64,000 nucleotides of DNA from Pachysolen tannophilus NRRL Y-2460. Taxonomy: Eukaryota. Positions 1 to 10,885 of the stretch are shown one piece after another (within the stretch, counting starts at the first letter, position 1; the number at the start of each line of letters is the position of its first letter). The notes beneath the pieces were generated by a model. The model saw nothing but the letters and a program-made list of their open reading frames with translations, had not been told where the DNA came from and did not search any database. The stretch spans positions 1,390,724-1,454,723 of the forward strand of contig KV454011.1 of assembly GCA_001661245.1 (NCBI GenBank), in the 5' to 3' direction. Both the position numbers and the translations under genes were made by a program.

Positions 1-207
1 TTTTGATGATACTGATAAAATCCCATCACAAAATACCTCTATGCCTATGGAAATAAAAAGTTTACACCTAGGGAACCTTTTTTCCTAAAAATAAATAAAT
101 AGATAGAAAATGAAAATAAAAAAAAAAGAATCATTTATTCCTCAAAAGAGTTTTAACAGGTCAATATTTAAAACTTTCATCAAAGTTTTTAAAAAGCGCA
201 GAAACCA

Positions 208-239
208 GTCGCAGCCATATCTTTGATCATGGCGCGCCA
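208..239 (-). promoter_or_regulatory. HAC1 3'-UTR bipartite element (3'BE, Ire1-targeting stem-loop)
   Basis: The minus strand reads UGGCGCG (239-233) and GCGAC (212-208), juxtaposed by a GCCAU/AUGGC stem. These are the two conserved 3'BE motifs of yeast HAC1 mRNAs. Confidence 0.8.
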
Positions 240-320
240 CGATGCTTCGCGTCAATTGAGTCTGCTGAACCACTTTTTTTCATATCGGAGGAAAAAAATA
301 AACCAGTGCAGGTTTGTTTT

Positions 321-351
<31 letters not shown>

Positions 352-429
352 CTTATCTTTTATATTTATTATTATCTTAGTTGTTAAATTGTAGTAATTT
401 TTCCAATTTTTTCCCCTAAATTTATCAAT

Positions 430-1761
430 TTATTCATCGACAAGTATGAAATCATCCAATTCAAATGGGGCGGTAGAGTTAAATGGTGCTGCGGACACAT
501 TTATATATTAGGTTTTCTTTTTGTTTTTTTTTTTAGACTTCTGGGTGATGACATGTTACAAACATGGCAAATAGAACCCATACGCCTCTTTTATATATGT
601 TCCAACTGGAAATGCACACATACAAGAGACATATGAACCTACTGCCATGTTTCAACCTGCCATTACCTTCATCATAAAAATGTTCTTTATGAACATCATC
701 ACTGCTGGATGATGCATCATTTTAAATCCACTACCGCTAGCCATTGAGGAATCATTCATATTTTTACCAGTACTATTATTGTTTCTGCCTTTATCAGCAT
801 CACCAAAAAATTCATCTATTGTCTTTTCTGTAGGTTCCATTTTTAAATCCGGTTCTCCAACTTCATTATTATTTCCCAGTTGTACAAGATTTAACAATAA
901 ATTTCCATTGTTATCCATAGGAGATAATAATGTAGTTAAATCTTCATTTGAGAATTCGTGTTTAATTTGCAAATTTGTTGAAAATAATCCATTATTATCG
1001 TTATCTTCATTTAAATTCAAATCATCTGCAAACAATGGATTAGCCAAATAATCATCAACCATTTTTGGATTCAACTCCAAGGTTAAATTTGAAGGTGAAG
1101 TAGAACCCAAGTTAGACAGAGGTGGCGATAAATAAAGATTACTTTGCCTCAGTTCAACTTTTGGCACTTGCAAAGAAACCTGCTCCTTGTTTTTCTTGTT
1201 CTTGATATTTATCTTTTCATTTTCTTCTTCTTCTTCTTCGTCTGACATCATCATCATCTGCCCATCACCATCAGCGTCAGCATCTCCATCTCCGTCAACG
1301 TCAACGTCAACGTCAACATCAACATTGTTATCTTCCAGCCCCAAATTTTTATTACGTTTGTTGGTATTTTCATTGAAACCGCTCATAGATTTCTTTTTCC
1401 CTTGCATTAATTCCAAAGTATCAAATCTTGTATCTGGAATTTTCGGAAGCAAGCTAATTTCATTTTGTAATTCCAGCTTCAAGCTAGCATCAGTAACGTA
1501 ATCAATCAATTTAGCTTCAATAGACATCAATTTCGAATCTCTTTCTTTGAAAACTTTTAAACTTTTTTGCAATTCCAAAACATGATTTTCTAAAAACTCT
1601 ACATGTCTTCTTTTCTTTTCACGAGACGCATGTGCTGCCCTTCTATTTCTTAAAATTCTTTCAATTCTCCTTTGTTCTTTTTCTTCTTGAGTCTTTGCTC
1701 TCTTACGAGGCAGCAAATTTGTGATCACCACATTCTTCTCTGTACCCTGATCCAACGACAT
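430..1761 (-). CDS. HAC1: bZIP transcription factor Hac1. Spliced form joins 1761-705 and 491-430 (372 aa); unspliced form is 1761-652 (369 aa)
   Basis: LPRKRAKTQEEKEQRRIERILRNRRAAHASREKKR bZIP and HHPAVM at the 5' Ire1 site. Splicing gives the C-terminus PAAPFNSTAPFELDDFILVDE*, similar to the FELNDF tail of induced Hac1. Confidence 0.96.
492..704 (-). other. Non-canonical Ire1-excised intron of HAC1 (213 nt)
   Basis: 5' hairpin CAUCAUC[CAG^CAGU]GAUGAUG and 3' hairpin AAAUGUGU[CCG^CAGC]ACCAUUU. Both 7-nt loops match the CNG^CNG Ire1 consensus, and splicing gives a sensible reading frame. Confidence 0.92.
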
Positions 1762-3312
1762 GATGAATTTTTCTAAACCAGCAATAAAAAAAATAAAAAA
1801 TAAAAAATACCAATTTTAATTAATTAGTATTATTATTATTTCTATTTCTATGCTTGTTTATTTTTGTAGTGGCGATTTTCCCATCTATTTATATTAGCGC
1901 TATTGAACGAGCAGAATTTCAAAACGAAATTTCTAAAATTAATTTTTGCGCCTCAAAACCTTGATACCCTGTACACGACCTACGTTTTTCTTTTGTCTTT
2001 TTTGACTTTTTTGTTCTTTTTTTTTTTAATCCCCCCTTTTTTTTTAATTTTTTTTGATTTTTTTTAGCCCTGGCTTTTAAAGCTTGTTTTTTTAAGTTTA
2101 TTCTAGACTTTTGGAATTACGTCATGTGTCAGGACTAGATGTTATCTCTTTGGCTCTTTTGGGGTTATGCTTTGCGTCACCTGGCGTTTAAGGGCAATGC
2201 CAGCCAGTACCTGTGTTCTAATACTAATACTAGTACCAGTGACGGCACCGACGAACAAAATAACTGAAGGAGTATTATTAAATGGGAAAAGATGGTGATG
2301 GCGTATATGTATGTATATATGTAGAATCAAGTTTGAAGATCGCTAGGGTCTACATTATTGTGAATTAAAAAAAAAGAAAAGTAGTTTTAATTAATAAATC
2401 TTTACGCTGAATTTACATTAAATAGGCACAAAAATATGTTATGTGCATCAATTTCCAAATCAAGATTTAATTGATGATTTATGATTTGATATTGTCTTTT
2501 TCAAATTAACAAAATTATGGATAGCTTATTGTTGGATAACAATTAAAATAGTGTAATTACTATTGTCAAACTTATTTTTTAGTCTTTGTCTTGCACTACT
2601 AGTTTAAAAAGCCAAAACAAAAAAAGAAGAAAACTTATCATCTTTGGAAATAATAAGTGGTTATATAAAAAAAGGACATTGAAGATGAGATGAGTTTTTT
2701 TCCTTTGAAGGAAGGATAAATGATTTTTTTTAAATTCAAAAGTCTTAATCTCTTAAATTTACTTATCTATTGGTAGAAAGATATTTCATTTACAAGGTTT
2801 TTTTTTCTTTTTTTTTCTAAGCGGCTGATTTGATTTAATTTGATTCAATTTTTCTTTTTTGAAAAAAGAATCTAACTATCATGTTATATTGGCGCTTCAC
2901 TTCACTAAAAATTTCCTGGAAAAAAAAACAAACCTTGGGCATATTAAGTATAGATAATCTTTTTAATGAAAATCTAAAATGAAATTGAAGTATTTTGATT
3001 TTCAATTACTCAAATACCCGATCTTGAGTTTGACTATCATGCATATACAATTTGTGCATAATAAATACTCTTCTTATCTACTACTGTTTAGTACATAGGC
3101 GTCTTGTCTTGCCGCTAATATATACTACAATCTTTTATTTTTAATAAATTAAAAATGATAATAATAATGTAGATAGGTAGATAGATAGATAGATAAATAG
3201 ATATCTATATAAAGCTCAGATACTGACTGGGCTTACCAGCGATAATGGACTATCAATTAAATAATTAAATTTAATATAATAATTACTCCAAGTTAATTAG
3301 GTCAAAAAAAAA

Positions 3313-4725
3313 ATGACAGTTTGTTCAATTCAAGAAGAAGAACAAAATGATTCTTCTCTTTTCCAATCAAAGATTAGTAAGAAACTTCCTATGGTTGTTT
3401 CTGGTAAGGGAATCCGTATTGTAATTGAAGATCCTTACACCAAGGAAAGAAGAGCTGTTATTGATGGTACAACAGGTGCTGCAGTTGGTTCATTAGGTCA
3501 TGGTGATGAAGAAGTTATTTCACAAATTAAAGATATGGTTGGTGATTGTTTTTATTCATTCACCACAGGTATTAGTAATTATCATGCAGAAAATTTATCT
3601 AATTTTTTAATTAATCAATGTCCTAAAAATGCATTTAGTTCTGCTTTATTTGTTAATTCAGGTTCTGAAGCAAATGAACTGAATATGAAAATTGCTCATC
3701 AATATCATCATGAAAAGGGTGATTATAACAGAACAATTTTCATTTCACGTGAAAAATCTTATCATGGTTATACTTTAAATTGTATGAATATTTCAGGTAC
3801 AAGAGTTGATGAATGGAAAGAAATGATTTCTCCATCACCAAAAGTTAGTAATGTTTATCCATATAGAGAAATGAATATTGATGAAAATGAAAAACAATAT
3901 TGTCAAAGATTATTAACGGAATTGGATGAAAAATTTAAACAAATTGGTCCTGATAAAATAGTTGCATTTGTTACAGAACCTGTTTCTAGTTCTACTCTTG
4001 GTACTGTTCCACCTTTACCTGGTTATTTGGATGGTGTTAGAAAAATTTGTGATAAATATGGTGCTTTATTAATTATGGATGAAGTTATGTGTGGTTCTGG
4101 TAGATGTGGTACTTTTTGTACTTGGGCTCAATATATGGATTTAAATAATGGTCCTGATTTACAATCAAATGGTAAATCTTTAGGTAATGGATTTGTTACA
4201 ATTTCTGCATCTTTAATTAGTCCAAAAGTTAAAAATGCTTTTGTTAAAGGTTCAAATTTTTTAAAAGGTGGTCAAACCTATCATTCTCATGCTTTTAATT
4301 GTAGAGTTACATTAGCAGTACAAGAAAAAATTAAACGTGATGGTTTAATTGAAAATATTTATAAAACTGGTAATTATATGGGTCAACAATTAATTGATAG
4401 ATTTTTAAAATCAGAATTAAATTCAACTTCTAATAAAAATAAAATTGTTGGGAATATTAGAGGCCGTGGTGGATTTTGGTCAATAGAATTAGTTAAAGAT
4501 CGTTCAACTAAGGAAATGTTTACCAAGGAAGATAAAATTTATGAACTTGTTAATAATGTTTGTCTTAAAAATGGATTAGCATGTATGGTCATTGGTGGAC
4601 TTGAAGAAAAAGTCGGTGATCACATTATCTTAGCTCCAGCTTTTACCTTGACCAAATCGGAAGCTGATGAAATCGTAGATATCCTTGACAAATCAATTTC
4701 TGAAGTTGAAGCTAAAATCTTTTAA
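3313..4725 (+). CDS. PLP-dependent class III aminotransferase (omega-amino acid type; substrate unknown)
   Basis: Motifs SGSEANE, SYHG, MDEVMCGSGRCG, catalytic Lys in GKSLGNG, and GQTY; 470 aa. Confidence 0.9.
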   Translation: MTVCSIQEEEQNDSSLFQSKISKKLPMVVSGKGIRIVIEDPYTKERRAVIDGTTGAAVGSLGHGDEEVISQIKDMVGDCFYSFTTGISNYHAENLSNFLINQCPKNAFSSALFVNSGSEANELNMKIAHQYHHEKGDYNRTIFISREKSYHGYTLNCMNISGTRVDEWKEMISPSPKVSNVYPYREMNIDENEKQYCQRLLTELDEKFKQIGPDKIVAFVTEPVSSSTLGTVPPLPGYLDGVRKICDKYGALLIMDEVMCGSGRCGTFCTWAQYMDLNNGPDLQSNGKSLGNGFVTISASLISPKVKNAFVKGSNFLKGGQTYHSHAFNCRVTLAVQEKIKRDGLIENIYKTGNYMGQQLIDRFLKSELNSTSNKNKIVGNIRGRGGFWSIELVKDRSTKEMFTKEDKIYELVNNVCLKNGLACMVIGGLEEKVGDHIILAPAFTLTKSEADEIVDILDKSISEVEAKIF

Positions 4726-4942
4726 ACCCTTATTATATATATATATATATATATATATAAGCAATAAATAAATTTATTTTAAATAGTCGTTTTAAAGGTA
4801 TTAAATATTTTAAATATTTTTTTTTTAATTTAATTTAATTAATTTTTGATATATAAAACAAATTCAAAAATTATTTTTTATTTGTTAGTGTGGATATTTA
4901 ATCATTAATTTGTTTATTTGTTGATCAATTGATTAATTAATT

Positions 4943-5656
4943 ATGTTTAGGTCTCAGCGGTTGATTCGAAATATTCGGTTTTTTTCTTTAACTCCCAAGA
5001 AATTAGCATTTAATTTAGAATTAGAAAAAACAATTCGATCAAAAATTGATTCTTTACCAAAATTAGATAATATTTTCCAAAATCCTGATGGTTCACAAAG
5101 GAATCCATCTGATGAAGAATTGAAAACTGTAGCTCATTTGAATTCATTAGCTTTAGAACGTAAATTATCCTTGGGTGATTTATTCAATTTATCAAAGGAA
5201 AATGAATCATTATATATGGATAATGAACATGATTTAAAACATTTTCAAATTTCTTCTCAAAAAATTATTGATAAAATTCCATATGAAGATTCAAAAACTG
5301 GTGAAATTAAATGGAAAATCATTAGAGAAAATGAAAAAGAAGGTTGGGAAAATATTATGAATTTTGGATTTGTCCCTGCTGTTATTCTAGTTTTCACTAT
5401 TTTACTTTTCAAAAATCAAGATGAATCAATAGATCAGTGGGCTCATGATGAGTTACTTTTAAGAGTTAAGGAAAAAGCAGAACAAGAAAATGATGTTGAG
5501 TTATTAAATAGTTTGAAAGATTTAAAAGAACAAAAATTAACTCAAAAAGAATTGAATAAAAGAGATGCCATTGTAATTGAAAGAATCTTAAGAGGAGATT
5601 ATGACAAGTTAAATGAATTGAGATTAAAGAAAATCCCAGAACCATCATCAACTTGA
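4943..5656 (+). CDS. Mitochondrial complex I ESSS subunit (NDUFB11/NESM-like)
   Basis: Arg-rich presequence, EGWE followed by a single TM helix, then SIDQWAHDELLLR resembling the ESSS family C-terminus. Confidence 0.65.
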   Translation: MFRSQRLIRNIRFFSLTPKKLAFNLELEKTIRSKIDSLPKLDNIFQNPDGSQRNPSDEELKTVAHLNSLALERKLSLGDLFNLSKENESLYMDNEHDLKHFQISSQKIIDKIPYEDSKTGEIKWKIIRENEKEGWENIMNFGFVPAVILVFTILLFKNQDESIDQWAHDELLLRVKEKAEQENDVELLNSLKDLKEQKLTQKELNKRDAIVIERILRGDYDKLNELRLKKIPEPSST

Positions 5657-5669
5657 AAACCTGATTCAA

Positions 5670-5724
5670 TCTATTTATTTATTTATTATATTATATTATT
5701 TTACTATTTTATTTATTTATCTAT

Positions 5725-5771
<47 letters not shown>

Positions 5772-5775
5772 TTAA
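5670..5775. repeat. (TTTA)n-rich microsatellite
   Basis: Imperfect run of TTTA/TATT units after the ESSS stop codon. Confidence 0.8.
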
Positions 5776-6446
5776 TTATTACTACTATTTATAACTAATG
5801 AGTTCTCTTCTTACCCTAACCAAATGGGAAATCTTTACCAACAAATGACACAAATGACACAAGTGACTCACCATTTCTCTCTTCCAATTAAGGCAAATCT
5901 CTAGTAAATTTAATAAATTTTAAGTAAAAATTAAAACCTCTTTCTATTTGGGATAAATTCTTGTTACCTTTTTAGCCGGATATAATTGCACTTCGCTTCG
6001 CCCTTTGTTAGAATTCGAAATTTTTCTAAGAAAAAAAAAAAAAAATTAAAAAATTATCATTTATACGATAAATACTAAAAAAAAGAAAAAATTATAGGTG
6101 TTTTATAACAAAATAAATATATTTCTATAATTATTATTATTAATTATTATTATATATAGGATTGCCACCATTAATTAATTAATCCATCAATCAAGAATCA
6201 ATATTTTTATTTATTTTTCTTATTACACTATATATTAATATATTGTTATATTATATATAATTTATAAGAAGTGTTTTAATTTTATTTTAATATCTTTTTT
6301 TTTTTAAAAAAAAAAAGAAAAGAACTTTACTTTGCTTTGCTTTATAAGTTTGGGGAAGTTAGTTAATTAATTAGTTAGGTTAGGTTTATCATTTTAATTT
6401 CAACGTAATAAGAAAGCAATAATTTATATATACATATTTATTGAAG

Positions 6447-7073
6447 ATGTCAGTATTCCCGGGATCACAGTCGCAGCAGCAGCAGCAACTGCATATACCC
6501 TCGCTGGAGAAGTTATCAATATCTCCAACGACTTCTAAAGAGAATCGTCGTCGGAGGTCGTCCTCGATCATTTCTCATGTTGAACCAGAAACAATAGAAA
6601 TTAAAAATGATCAAGAAGTATTACCAAATTTGAATGCAAATTGGGTACATTTTAAAGGTGCTTGGTTAGTACATATTGTAATAATAGCTTTATTAAGAAT
6701 TTTTTATAATTTATTCCCAGTATTTACTAAAGAAATTAGTTGGACTTTAACAAATGTCACTTATGTTATTGGTTCTTATATTATGTTTCATCAGGTTAAA
6801 GGTACACCTTTTGAATTTAATTCAGGGGCTTACGATAATTTAACAATGTGGGAACAGATTGATAATGGTGATCAATATACTCCAGTAAAAAAATTTTTAA
6901 TGGGAGTTCCAATCCTGTTATTTTTAATCAGTACTCATTATAGTAATTACGATATACAATTGTTTATACTAAACTTTACACTTTGTTTGGTTGCTGTCAT
7001 CCCAAAATTACCAATTAGTCATAGGGTTAGAATTACTATACCTTTTATTAGTGAACCACAGATGATCAAATAA
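6447..7073 (+). CDS. ORM1: ORMDL/Orm sphingolipid homeostasis protein
   Basis: RRRRSSS phospho-motif, PNLNANWVHFKGAW, GTPFEFNSGAYDNLTMWEQIDNGDQYTP; ATG at 6447. Confidence 0.95.
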   Translation: MSVFPGSQSQQQQQLHIPSLEKLSISPTTSKENRRRRSSSIISHVEPETIEIKNDQEVLPNLNANWVHFKGAWLVHIVIIALLRIFYNLFPVFTKEISWTLTNVTYVIGSYIMFHQVKGTPFEFNSGAYDNLTMWEQIDNGDQYTPVKKFLMGVPILLFLISTHYSNYDIQLFILNFTLCLVAVIPKLPISHRVRITIPFISEPQMIK

Positions 7074-7523
7074 AATATTAAAAAAGCTGTTTAAACTCTT
7101 TGAATAAAAATTCAACCCTATAGTTCTGAATTCCTTTTTTATTTTTTTTATTTTTTTTCCTTGTCTTTTTCTTCTTTTTTTTTATTATCTCGTTATTTTG
7201 TGTTTAAAACAAAGGGTCTTTTTTTTTAATTATATATAATTTTTTTTAATGATTTTGAGTACATCTATATAATATATTAACGTTCCTTTAATTTTTTATT
7301 TTTTTTATTTTTAATTTTTATTTTCTTGTTAATTGCTGATCAATAATAAATAAAGACTTCTTTATTCAATAAAAGATTATTAAATTACGTAGTATCAATT
7401 ATTTCTCTTGTTTTATTTTAATTCTTTTGTTTTGTTTTTGTTTTGTTTTGTTTTCTGTGGTGAAAATGAGATACGCCAAAAAAAGAGAAAAAGAAAAAAA
7501 AAAAAAATAGAATTGTAAATAAA

Positions 7524-7563
<40 letters not shown>
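7524..7563. repeat. (AAT)n microsatellite
   Basis: About 13 tandem AAT units; the source of spurious poly-Y/I/L ORFs. Confidence 0.9.
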
Positions 7564-7564
<1 letters not shown>

Positions 7565-7670
7565 CATTGTATAGTAATCTGAAACAATCGCAAGTATACT
7601 TAATATACATCGAGGAAGAAGTGGATTAAGTTGCTGGATGATTATCAGCAATTGAAGCGCTGATCTAAGA

Positions 7671-8174
7671 ATGAAAAAAAATCAAACAATACCGACAAAT
7701 AAAGTATCTCCCGTGAGATATCAGGAACAGCAGTTGCAATATAAACAACAACAGCAAGATCCTTTAGTAATACTTCAAAAGACACCACAATATCCTCATC
7801 ATTCAAGACCTTCATCATCTACATCTTCGAATCAATTTTCAACGATTTCACGGAAAACAAGTGATTTGGATCATTTACAAAATTCAAAAATAAGGTCTGG
7901 TTCAATTTCTGGAATAATGAGTACAACAAATATTAAAAATGTATCATTAAGTCCTGCAAAAATATATGGATTAAGTGGTATTGGTAATAATATTGGGACA
8001 AATATTGGGACAAATATTGTAAATAATGATAATGATGAAGATTTAGAATTAGACGCAGATGAGAATATGATTAATGATCAAGTAGATGATACTTTAGGAC
8101 TGGATTTAAGCGATAATATAGATATATTGGATAGATCACCTATAAAGTTTAACAAATCCCCAATAAGATTTAAC

Positions 8175-8205
<31 letters not shown>

Positions 8206-9680
8206 GAGGAAGTAGTACCATGGGTAGTACCACAGGTAATTATAGCAGGAAATCGTCACCTAGAAGGAATCTTGGTGCTGTTAATCATGTTACTCGTGAG
8301 ACTACAAAAACAGTGTATGTACCATTGGCTAATGATGATGAAAGGAAAAAACCTTTAAGGAAAGGTACACCTTTAGCTTCTAAAATAATACCTCTTGATA
8401 AAGATGGAGAAGATTCTTCTAAGAATGATAGTGCAGGCGCGGATGTTAATGCGGATGCGGATATAGATACAGAGGATGTTCCTGATGTTCACGCGGTTGC
8501 TTCTTCAATTGTTACAGATAGATTATTGATGGTATCAAAGATACCAACATCTTCAAAGTTATTGGAACTGAATTCCCCCAAAAAAATTGAAATTACTACT
8601 CCAAAAAGAAATAATTCTTCAAATAAGCTTCATATTCATCGTCATAATGATAATATACCGACTATTTCTAAATCAGATTTAACAAAATTAATAACTTCCA
8701 CAGCTGTAAAGACAATTGTTCCTCATAATACTATTCAAAATAATTCAAATTTAAAATTAAAAGCACCTAAATTTCCAATTAATAATAATAATTTTAATAA
8801 TTATAAAAATAAAAGAAATCGTGATGAAGAAGATATTATTAATTTAAGTGATAGACATTTAGATAAAAAAAGGAAAACAGTTTTAGATGTTGAGAGTGAA
8901 TTTGATGATACTTTAGATGAGGAGGATAATGTTGATGATAAAGAAGAAAATCATCATAATTCATTAATACAAACTCCTATTCAAGAAAGAAAAACATCTA
9001 AAATTGAAAATGATGGGAATAATAGTAATAATAATAATAATATTGTAAATATTTCAAATATTAATAATAGGAAAAATGAAACTATTAATTCAAATAAATC
9101 TATTGATATTTCATCAACTTTATCAAAAGCTTCAGTATTTATAAATTTTAAAAGAAAAGAATTAGAAGGACAAAAAAATTCATATTCATCATCTGAAGAA
9201 TTAACTACAAATAGAAAAGATTTAACTTCAATTTCGCATGATGATGATGAGAATCAATTAAAAGAAATAACAGGAGATAAAGGATTATTATATGATTTAA
9301 AAACTACTGGTAAAATATTAAATTTTGAAGATATAGGATATTCTGATAATAATAATACTTTACAAGAAGAAAGTGATGAAGTTATTAATAATGAGAGTTG
9401 TAATGATAATAAAAATATTAGGGACAATTATAAGAAAGAAGTTAATGATAATAGAAATATTCAACTGGAATATTTTAAATTAGAAAAATGGACAATTCAA
9501 AAATGGAATAAATTAATTAAATTTATTAAAATTTTCCAATTAACTAAAAATGAAAAAATTTTAAATTCTAAATTTATTTATAAAGAATTTGGTTGTAATT
9601 ATGAAGAATTAAAATTAAGAATTTTAATATTAAATAAATTTAAACATACAAAGAAGATGATTAGTGGAGAAGTTTTATAA
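7671..9680 (+). CDS. Hypothetical low-complexity protein with multiple CDK consensus sites and a small helical C-terminal domain
   Basis: 669-aa open frame, Asn-rich, seven S/T-P-x-K/R sites; no family recognised. Confidence 0.75.
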
Positions 9681-9806
9681 ATATTTTAATAATGTTGTTG
9701 TATATAATTATTAAATTTATATATATTATTCATTTTTTTTTTTTTTTCTTTTTCTACTGAAGCTGAAGCTGAAAAGAAAAAATAATCAATTTTAAAATAA
9801 AATAAT

Positions 9807-10594
9807 TTAGGTTTTATAGGATTGTGGTTTTTTTTTTTTTTCTTTCAAAAAAACATATAAAAATTTGTTTCTCGTTTCTCTTTTTTTATATGTTGTTGTA
9901 GTTTCACCTAATAGTATATATATTGCTTTTTCCTTTTCTCTCTTTGCTCTAATACCAGCGTATTTTTTATCTGATCTAGCCAATCTTAAAGTTCTGTAAG
10001 CAGTTTGTTCTGGAACAACAACAGCACTTGTAGTAAATTCAGTTTTCTTTTGAACAATTGGGAAAGTTTCAGTAATAGAAACTTGTGCAGCATCTTTACC
10101 TTCACCAGCTTTTTTGAAAACAATCAATTTTGATTGATATTCTTGTAATCTTGAAACATTTGCTTTAAAAGTTTCCTCTGATCTATTCTGACGTCTATGG
10201 TCAACTGCAATACCAACAGTTCTTGCATATTTTGGAGTTAAACCAACAGCTTTTAATTCAGTTAAAGTAAAACCTTTACCTGCTCTAATTTTTCTATTAT
10301 ATTTGATAGTTGGAGCTCTAACAACTGGACGCAATAAATCCAAAGGTCTTGGAGCAATCTTGGCAGACTTGGTGGCTCTAGCTTGTCTTCTAGAAACCTT
10401 CTTACCGGCTTGGTCCAAATGAACTCTAACACGTTCTTGCCAGTGTTTTCTGAAATGATTTTTCAATAATGGTAAATTCTTTGCAATAGCTAAATAAGAA
10501 AAAATAAAAAATAAAAAATAAAGTAGTTAGTATTAAAAATCATCATAATCATAATCATACTCTTCGTCTCATCTCATTTCATTTACATACCCAT
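9807..10594 (-). CDS. RPL13: 60S ribosomal protein L13 (eL13). Exon1 10594-10591, intron 10590-10490, exon2 from 10489; 3' end disrupted by an inversion as assembled
   Basis: ATGG|GTATGT...TACTAAC...TAG|CT gives [22 protein letters not shown]. The canonical tail AEAEAEKKK* lies on the + strand at 9757-9785. Confidence 0.95.
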
Positions 10595-10846
10595 TGTTAA
10601 TTTTTTCTTTTATTGAATTTAATACTACAAAGACAAAAAAAAAATGAATAAATAAAGAATTTTTATAAAACCCTATAATAAAACTGAAAAATTTTTGATT
10701 TTTTCCTCTTTTTTTTCTCTCTCTCTCAAAAAAAAAAAAAATTACAAAAAATTAAAAAGTCGTTCACGCAAATTCAAAAAAATCCGTTTTCTTTTTTCCA
10801 AAATTTTTTTTTTTTATATTAAAAAAAGAAAAAAAAAACTTTTTCG

Positions 10847-10854
10847 CAGTCACA
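10847..10854 (+). promoter_or_regulatory. Homol-D-like element CAGTCACA in the RPL13/RPS16 divergent promoter
   Basis: Exact match to the fungal RP-gene Homol-D box. Confidence 0.55.
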
Positions 10855-10885
10855 AATTCAAACACAACAAAATTCCACTTTTTAG

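Noticed and set aside
492..1830. S. cerevisiae-type pairing between the HAC1 intron and the 5' UTR
   Set aside because: No convincing complementary stretch was found by eye; the intron pairs with itself instead.
2142..2330. 62-aa ORF upstream of HAC1
   Set aside because: TTG start and no recognisable features; more likely promoter sequence.
7399..7651. Overlapping minus-strand ORFs with poly-Y/I/L runs
   Set aside because: Artefacts of the (AAT)n microsatellite and A-tracts.
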